A stretch of 57,971 bases of DNA, counting the filler, from Porpidia crustulata (taxonomy: Eukaryota): NCBI GenBank assembly GCA_964255105.1. It is 5 parts of 5 records of this genome, joined end to end, with 100 filler letters (N's around TTAATTAATTAA, not from the genome) between each part and the next. Parts side by side here need not be neighbours in the genome. Positions count along the whole stretch, not along the records: positions 46,467 to 57,971 come from CAXUWE010000649.1; 4 more parts are not named here. One strand, 5' to 3'. Positions 49,401-57,971 of the stretch are shown piece after piece. Within the stretch, counting starts at the first letter, position 1. Every line of letters begins with the position of its first letter. The notes beneath the pieces were generated by a model, which was not told where the DNA came from, ran no database searches, and was given only the letters and a program-made list of their open reading frames with translations. A program made the translations under genes and the position numbers.

Positions 49401-52400
49401 TGTGTAAGAGATCTTTGCCTTTAGCCTGGACTTGCTGACTAGAAAGCTTTCCAGCACTACCTCCAGAAGGCGAGAAGCCTTGTGGTAAAGTACTATCTTG
49501 ATAAGTGGAGATAGGACTACTTTCAGAAGCCGCAGGTTGAGAAGTTGCATTAAGGTACTGCTGGTAGTAAGGCTGTTGGGTTGACGGAGATCCAGCTGCC
49601 CTCAAACCGAGAATTTTAGATCTTGATGGAGATGGTCCATGGCCTATAGGGCCAGCTGCGAATCGGCCCTGGTTTGACAGGAGATGAGCATGTTCGGGTA
49701 TTTCTTGAATCTTTACATCAAGCCATTGTGAAAGCCCAGTGTTCAAATGGGCGAATTGGTTTCGGGTTTCATTGAAAGTTCGGATCCGATCTGTGGGATT
49801 CTTCAAAGCTAGTATTTCGCGAAACGCAGGGAACTTGGGTGGATCACTGGGAGGTGGCGGCGGTGGCAGAATTTCGGGGTCTCTATCCGATCGTATATCA
49901 TTGGAATGACTTGGCAGCTCAGGCGTTTGTACATAGTCTTGGTGTGGACTGCTGAGCTCCCCAGGACCCATCCGGTCGTGATAGCCTACGGCGGTTGGGC
50001 TCGTTTGTTGTCGTCCTAGTCCTGGCTCCACTACTTCAAGTCCCCCAGGATAGCTCGGTAAATGGCTCGACTCGGTGGAGACAATATTGTCATTTCCAAA
50101 CATACGTTCAGAAGGCATATTCGAGGCATTTTTGGCACCAAGCATTAACGCATCAGGTGACTGATTTTCGATCAACCTATCAGAGCTGCGCTCGGCTGTA
50201 AGATCCTGGCCCTGGAAAGCCTCCTTACTTCCATTTAGGGTATCCTCACTATGCTCGAAGCTAATCGGGAGCTCGACCGGACTTCCGGCGTTTTGATGGC
50301 TGACCAGTGATGCTAGGTCTCTTGGAGTATTGGGTATCACGCTCTTCTGCGTTTTCATCCCTGGCGCAACCGCGGGGTCGTCCAAGGATCTTTCCCACGA
50401 GAACCTCTGTGGGATACTAGGTCGCTCCAACCTGCTATCTACTGGGCTATCATCTAGGGTGCGCTGATTTCGATGATCACTACCAACACTGAAGGGCGGT
50501 GCGATTCCAACTAGGGAGGCACCATCGTGCCGTTGTACTGCAACAGCGGCTCCGATATGATCGTGGGCACTATTGGTCCGACTCGAAGCATTGCTCGAGC
50601 CATTCCAATAGCTATCATATTCACTTGGAAGAACAGCGCTTTCATGCCCCTGGCGGAGGAGGCTGGGGTTCGCCGAGAGTCTTGAGTCATCTTGCCATGG
50701 AGAGTCAGATTCAGCGGTCGTTGGCTCGCTAGACTGTGCAGGATCAAGGTTCTTAACAATTTCCCTCCGCAGCCTGTCGCTCTCAAATTGTGAGCCAGTG
50801 TCTGTACTAAGAGATGGAGGCATTGGAGGACGCTGATAGACGGCTGCAGGCTCGTCAATGTTAATATAACTTCCAGGTCTTGGTTTCAAAGGAATGATCG
50901 GCGGAAAGTATTCTAGACCACCTGCTTGCTCGTTTAGCGCTTGCGGAGGATATTTGGAGAGTGGCGTCGGTGCTACACTGGAGACAGCATCGTCATCCAG
51001 CATCGGGATCAACGGTTTGGAGGCTTCTGGGCGGAAATCCGTATCATTGGTCGGACTACGACTATGGTCTCCAGTCTGAAAGTTCCTCGGAGTGTCTGTA
51101 GCTACCTCGCTGGCCGGAGTATTTTCTATAGTTGAATCTGGACGATCTTTGTTTTCCATACTCACAGCGGCAGTGAAAGCTCCGGCAAGAGCGGTACCGG
51201 CTGCGGCCATGGCGGAGAATGGATCAGTCAATGGATCAGGTTTACTTGACTCTGCTAGATTCTGTTTATCCCGTTCGGTAGTGGCACTCATGTCACTACT
51301 GGCAGTATCTTGTACAGTGCTCACGGTAGTGCTGTTGCCGTTAGGTACTCTAGAGAGGTCACGTTCGTATGACTCCGCTTGTTGCTCGGTCTTCGGAAAT
51401 ATTTCTTGTCTTTTTGGTGTCACCGAAGGTGCATTTGATGCAAACGACTCCCATCCACCTGGTAGACGAGGTCGGAAACTCTCTATATGATCAACAGCGG
51501 GCCGAGATTCAGCTATAGTATCATTTTGATTTGTCAAGGTATGAACATTTCCACGCTGATTAAATGACCGTTCTGACCCATGCGGACTGCTATTACCACT
51601 TTCAAACCTTCCGGCAAGGTCGCGCACTCTGCTGCTGCCCGGAGACTCTGGGCGGGAGCGCCGAGAGGTGTCTGGTTGCAATATCGGTGGTTCCATTACA
51701 CTGGACGTTGATTTGGTGAGATCAGTAACGATGTTTCGCGGACCAATCATTGTTGGATCTGCTGGCCCTTCGGGCTCGGTCTCAGTAGCCTGCAAGCTCT
51801 GAATTATTGGGAAATTTGATTCCACTGGGGTGACCATGGCCAATTCCGCCTCTTGTGGTTGTCTGAGATGTTGAGTTGAATCTAATGCTGGGGTTCTTGC
51901 GGGACTGTTATCAGGGCTTGGTGTACTCAAATCTCTTCGATGGCCGGGTATGAATGGGGTCGGTTTAGGCTCAGTAGGGCCAAATCTGGATCTCTGAGAT
52001 TGATGGGCCTTTCCCGCGATCTGTCTAGGTGTTCCAAGCGAGTCCGAAGATGATCCTTCCGGACGATCGTTCTTGAAGTGGGCCTCTGACGATGTTGGTG
52101 TCATAGGCCGCGCATTAGATTCCTTCGTATCCATATTCATTGCAGCCGCACTTGATTCTCGACTTATATTTATGGGACTTACTACACTTGTGCCTCCGCT
52201 GGCGCTACGATCGATGGCTGAGTCAGCTGTAGAAGATGGCGTAGGTGGTACTTGATCTTCGGGTGTGTCAAAGGCTTGATTTACAATAGATCTAAATCCG
52301 ACTGATGGTTGATGTTGTAATTCACCTCTGTGTTCGTCTGGTTTAGGTGTCTGTGGAGATAGTTGTGTTGGCGAGTCCCCAGCTCCGATCGGCTGCAGTT

Positions 52401-53880
52401 TCTGAGGACTTAGGGTTTCGAGGAACGACTCCCCAAAGCCAGACATCCGAGTAACATCTGGTAGTACTGGCTTTAACGTGCTTGGGTGCCCGGATTGCGA
52501 GGCTTGGGCCTCTGTTTCTGTGCTGGTAAAGTCCAGAGGCACATCTTGAGGACTCGTCGGAGGATTGTTCGCCGAGAATCCCTTTAGCCCATACTCACTT
52601 TTCCGCTCCTTGACTGGATCAAGCGTCAACCTCGAATGATGTGTGGTATCACGGTCATTCGAGGCCTCAAAGCTATTGCGCCGCATCGGTCCCTTCCCAA
52701 GATTGTTAGAGCTAGATATCTCAGCATCGGCAGATGTCGGAATTGCTTCGCGTCCCGTTATAGCGTCCATAGTCGGCCTCGGCGACTCTAGCGATAGCTT
52801 TTCTTTTTCCTTCTCCTCTTGCATCCGCTTATATATATCTGCTGGACGTACGAAAGGTAGCGGCTTTGCGGTGTTACTCCCAGCTCGAGCTCTCACAAGA
52901 GAACGTTCATCGATGGGGTCTATTGTATCATGTGTTGGAGCGGGTTGGCTCAGGTAGGGTGAACTTGTCGGACCATGCTGGCTCAAACTGTCTTTACGCG
53001 GAGGATGCCGAGCAGACGATTGAGAGTCACTGGCACTCTGGGGAGAAGGCGAACCTCGAGTCTGCAAGGGCGGAGGTACTGCCGAAGGTGTAAAATCACG
53101 TCTATTATGAAAATCCTGCGAGGAGATATTGCTAGTCATGGAAAGTGCCCTATTTCCCATACTTGCATGACGGGGTTGGTCTGAGTGCGAGATGCCCTTG
53201 TACTTTCCGCCAGCCGAATAAGCTTGGTCAGGGCTCTGGGATTGATCTCCCATACTGAGGCGGCCCTGAGCTTCGAAAGGCTGGTGGTGCGGATTTGGTT
53301 GATGTTGGACTTGTTGGTTCAGATGTTGCTGGCCATAAGGATAGTCAGCATGGGATGCCAGGCTGGGCTGTGATCGATTGATGCCTTCCATCTCCGAGAA
53401 CCTCGTTGGACCACTTTCCCCTTGGGGCGCTTGGGGTTGATATGATGACCCATTGCCTTGGGCCAGGATTCCTTGCTCTGGACCGCCAGCTGAGAAAGCA
53501 CGTCGTTCGTCTCCACGGCGGAAAGAATCTGATCGTTGCAGCCCTCCTTTATTGCCATGATGCGGCTGTACAAAGCTCGAGCCACTCACTTCTCGATATT
53601 CTGGTTGTCTTTTGTCGACGGGACTTTGGTAGACGTCAGGCCGGTTGGCATATGCTCCAGAAGGCGACTGAGTAGCAGATTGCCCTTGTTGCCTTAAACC
53701 TGTGGGTTTGGACGAAGGTGGAGGATCGTCATACCCTCCATACTCGTCGTAGTCATCCACCTCACCCCAATCATCACCATCGTAAGAGTATGACTTTGCC
53801 TCAACCCAGCGTTTGGTCTTGGCTCGATTAACGTTGGTCTTGAAGGACGGTGGTTGGCCACCAGTAGAGGGCGGGTTCAT
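46467..53880 (-). CDS. Very large disordered protein with Fyv8-like N-terminus; exons 53880-49306, 49044-47137, 47087-<46467 (more than 2,360 aa, truncated)
   Basis: N-terminal FKTNVNRAKTKRWVEAKSYSYDGDDWG, LPFVRPADIYKRM, ESDRLRREI, RIRTFNETR..GLSQWL; two phase-0 GT-AG introns link three long ORFs. Confidence 0.75.
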
Positions 53881-54701
53881 AGCGAATCGTTTCAACCAGT
53901 CTGGATATGGAATATTCCAAGGAGTGTGCGATGAACAAACGAAGAGTGACTTTCACGGTGGTGCTGCTGGATTCGATTCGAAACTGAGCGGCGCGAGGCC
54001 GCACCCAGTGGACAAGTACTGAGATAGGTCACCTTTTGCGCAGATATTTTTCGTTCGAGATTGTTTGTATCTATCATTCCGCAACAATCATCATAGGCAG
54101 GCTGTCATTGGCATTTCGTGCTGGTGCTCCGTCAGAGGGGGCCGATTCTTGTACGGCTCTCCCCAAGTCGCATGTGACTTTTGCGCGTCTGTCGAGACCA
54201 CTATGCGAGGAGCCGTGATTGAGTACTCGAACAGTAAAAACACTGCTTCACATCATGTTCTCCCGATATGAGCACAGACGACATTTGAAGACTCAGAGTA
54301 AACAATTCGTGTGTCACAAACAGTTACCCAGGACTTATGCTAGAGAAACCATGGCGCAGCGATAAATGCACACGCAGTTCACAAGCCACAGTCTAGCTCT
54401 ACTGGGCCCCAGCTGCATTACTTAAAGTGGCTGCATGTGGCTTGGTCTCAAAAGTCTAGTACTGCCTTTCGGTTGCTCCTTTAAGGACAACTAGGAACAT
54501 CAAAAGGCAAGGAATATCATACACGATTACTGGTCTTCCACCCGCACCCATCGATAATCTTACTGCACTCGGAATATTTCCAATCTCGAAAGCACCCAAA
54601 CTCGCACATAGACTCTGCCAGCAGCTTCAGCGAAACTTACCCAGTCTGACTACAACATATATCCACTCACGCCTGGGCACGCAGATACTGCCTAGCTCAC
54701 G

Positions 54702-56023
54702 ATGGCGATCACCTCAATACAAGATCGGACGGCAGAGTTCAGAGCTGTTCTGGCGCAAGCGCAGAAGAACAAGAACTCTATGAGAATTGGCGCACAGCGG
54801 CAGTCGCTCCTCACAGACACCCAACGACGAGCAGCAAATGGCTCTCCAAATGGTGAAGCCAAGGGTCCGAGAAGAGGAACGAGATCAGAGTTCGCGCGGA
54901 GAGCAGCTGATATTGGGCGCGGTATAACAGGGACCATGGAGAAGCTGGAGAGATTGGCGCAGTGTATGTTACATTGGCTCTTTGCGTCTACAGCGTTTAT
55001 GGCAGTGCCAAGCGTGACGAGAAAACCATGTAATGATTCTTGTTGACCTGGACGCATACTGACAGATTGGAGGACATAGTAGCTAAAAGAAAAACATTAT
55101 TTGACGATAGGCCTGTCGAGATTGCTGAGCTCACATATGTCATTAAACAGGATTTATCATCTCTCAACTCGCAAATATCTTCTCTACAATCACTTTCGAA
55201 GTCATACCAATCCCATACATCCCGAAACCCTGGTGCAGAGCAAGAAGGGGAACATAACAAAAATGTAGGGTCCCAATAGATGCTAGGGATCCTTGTTATT
55301 GACAATAGACCAGGTCGTTGTCTTACTTCAAGGCAAGCTTGCTGACGTGGGAGTAAATTTCAAAGAAGTCCTCGAAGTTCGCACCAAAAATATTCAGGCA
55401 TCACGGTCACGAACGGAGAACTTCGTTTCCTCTGTTTCATCCCATTCGCAGCCGTCTCTTGACGCCCAGCAATCTGCCTCACCTCTATACAATACACCAA
55501 CCAAGTCTCGGACACCACAGCCTGGTTATCAGAACCCAAATCCGGACATCCTCAATCTCGATCCTTCGTCTTCATCAGCACTCATCCAAGGGACGCAATC
55601 AGATCAGCAGCTCTTGATGATGGAAGAAGCCCAGCCAACAAATACTTATATCAACATGCGAGGAGAGGCAATAGACGTAATAGAGAGAACGATCAACGAA
55701 CTTGGCAGTGTCTTCGGCCAACTTGCGGCCATGGTGTCAGAGCAAGGGTTAGTTAGAGTGTTATTTCCACGATAATGATTCAAGCTGACAAGGATATAGC
55801 GAAATGGTTCAGAGAATAGACGCTAATACCGAGGACGTGGTCGACAATGTCGAAGGGGCGCAAAGAGAATTGATGAAGTACTGGTCGAGAGTATCTGGTA
55901 ATAGATGGCTTGTGGCCAAGATATTTGGCGTCCTGATGGTTAGAATTCCTATACGCTTGGTACTTCGTAATACTAAAGCTACTCTAGATCTTCTTCCTCC
56001 TTTGGGTTCTCATTGCCGGCTGA
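54702..56023 (+). CDS. SED5: cis-Golgi syntaxin Sed5, 5 exons
   Basis: IQDRTAEF N-peptide, RSEFARRA, KRKTLFDDRPVEI, SNARE motif IERTINELG..MVQRIDAN, C-terminal TM. Confidence 0.96.
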
Positions 56024-57971
56024 AGCCGGCTCGCAGGCTGTAAACGCATTTCCAGGACGTTAAGCAGGCTGTGTTCTTGCATATGCATCTGCCAGAAGTG
56101 GTTTGTACCATCACTGTATTCTTCATACCTTGAGATAGAAAATGGCATTGCATTGCCCCTGTAAGATAGATCTTCCAGATTTTAATTGGGCCTACTCATA
56201 GCGAGTCACCGTCACATAGTTGACTGGTTACCCAAGTGCTGCCTAAATCCGAGATTCTTGGCTTTGATGACATCTTAGGACGCTTGTTCTCTAGTATTAC
56301 TTGCACAGAATGTTTGATTTAAGTTATCGAGCTACTTTTTAGATCGTTTCTTATGTCAGGTGCAGCTTTTGAGCAAGATGTTTGCTCAGATTAGCAGAGA
56401 TTTGACATACTACCTTGTCTAACACATCCGAGGTACTCTGATGTGTCTATCGCTAAGCTCACTTCCCAATGTCTAGTTTCCAGTCCCGACACGCTTTTCA
56501 CACACACTCGGGCGGCCATTTAGATTCCTATATCTGACCCTAAGAATATAGATACATGGATCGTTTGCGCCATTTAACAAAGCTAATCGGGCCGCCAGAA
56601 GGACTTACTCGGTCTGTACTCTTTCTACATGATATTACGTCTCAATCGCCATCCGGCTTGGGGATTACAGCTGTGCCAAGGCAGTCGTCGCATACCCAGA
56701 AATATGCGCCCTGTTGATTGCCCCAGTCTATCGTGACCGGGCCATTATTTCTTGCGCTAAACAGCCACGACGTATCGTTCCGAACAAGGCAACCTCAACG
56801 AAAATCCTTCACGCTTGCCATACCAATTCTTGGGTTATCACTCCAATTTCATCTACATCCGTTGCCATCTACGGATCTCAATCATTCCTACTCCCTTCAT
56901 CGTTCAGGCTAACTCTTCGCCGTCCCAGACAGCAACCCGATTCAGTATCATTTAATCTATGGGATACTATAAGAGCCACAGTTCCCGTTCCAGACCTCTT
57001 GTTATCCCGATACATCCATCGCTACAATTTTAACTCCATATACTAAAGTTCTCCAAGTCCACTTAGGGATAAAAAGACTTTTCGTCCACAGCTCATGTAT
57101 ACAGATACTACGAACGCTTCTACCTCCTCTAATTCTTCGAAAGGGGGCACCCTTCTAATCCGAGAGCACTAATTCACTTTGGTTTTCCTTGACCACGGCC
57201 TTCTCCGCCTTGAAAGTATCTCCGAGGTTCGAGGGCTTGATCCAATTTCCCCTTCACACGGTATGGACTGCCGCAATCAAACCAACAAACCAATTCCACC
57301 AAAGAACGAAGAAAAAGTTCCCGCTCCCGTAGTGATATAAGCCATCAACACACCTCACCAAAACTGTCGGGAACAAAAAAGAGTCGAAGAATAATCAAAA
57401 CATTTTGACATTCCGGCGTGTGGAGCTCTAAACGAATCGGCCGTTTGATATTGCAACAAAAGAACAACCGTCTCGACACCCCGTCGTCTCCTGAGCGCAT
57501 GCAGCACCTACCGTAGAAACCAACAAAAAACGAAAAAGAGAAAACACATTGCAGGACATCCACCTACTTCTCATATCATCCCGGTCGATTCGATAGCCAT
57601 CATTAAAAATAAACCACCGATCCCAACCACCTCTACCCTACACTTCCATTCTCGAGGAAAAATTCCAATGTGATTTGTATAATCAACCCAAAAAGCCCAA
57701 GTCCTTTCTACAACCAACCCATCTACGTCCAAAAGAGCATTCATTACCCGAGAGCCAGCATTCGCGTGGCGTATACCGATAACGAAGTATTTCCCCTAAT
57801 AAAATAAACCCCGACCCTAACAATAGAAACCTCCCATAAATGGCCCATTCCCCCTTCTTCTTAAGTTAAAGAAAGACGAACCCAAAAACACTATTCATCA
57901 TAAAATCATCCCCCTCCGTCCAATCCCTTTCCACATCCCCACCACCTCATTATATCCAACCCATCTCAACA

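Noticed and set aside
56100..57971. A/C-skewed terminal region with short ORFs
   Set aside because: No coding signature, telomere repeat or element termini recognised; likely UTR or intergenic sequence

Overview
Fungal (filamentous ascomycete, Pezizomycotina-type) genomic DNA with short GT-AG introns. It consists of five separate contigs joined by four artificial 100-bp spacers (N44-TTAATTAATTAA-N44), so adjacency across spacers is not biological evidence. About 22 protein-coding genes are present, mostly housekeeping: ER DnaJ protein, YIP3/PRA1, tyrosine/lipid phosphatase, eisosome protein, Sfk1, RING protein, two Nudix hydrolases, ERG1 (partial), phospholipase B (partial), SMP-30 lactonase, bZIP factor, thioesterase, MAK21, VMA5, MET14, a giant Fyv8-like protein and SED5. 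The most notable signal is a candidate programmed -1 ribosomal frameshift at the 3' end of YIP3. A U_UUU_UCA site, a 6-nt spacer and a hand-foldable H-type pseudoknot would join the 176-aa Yip3 to a 441-aa overlapping -1-frame ORF. No rRNA, tRNA, CRISPR or recognisable transposon was seen. Exon boundaries were inferred by eye.
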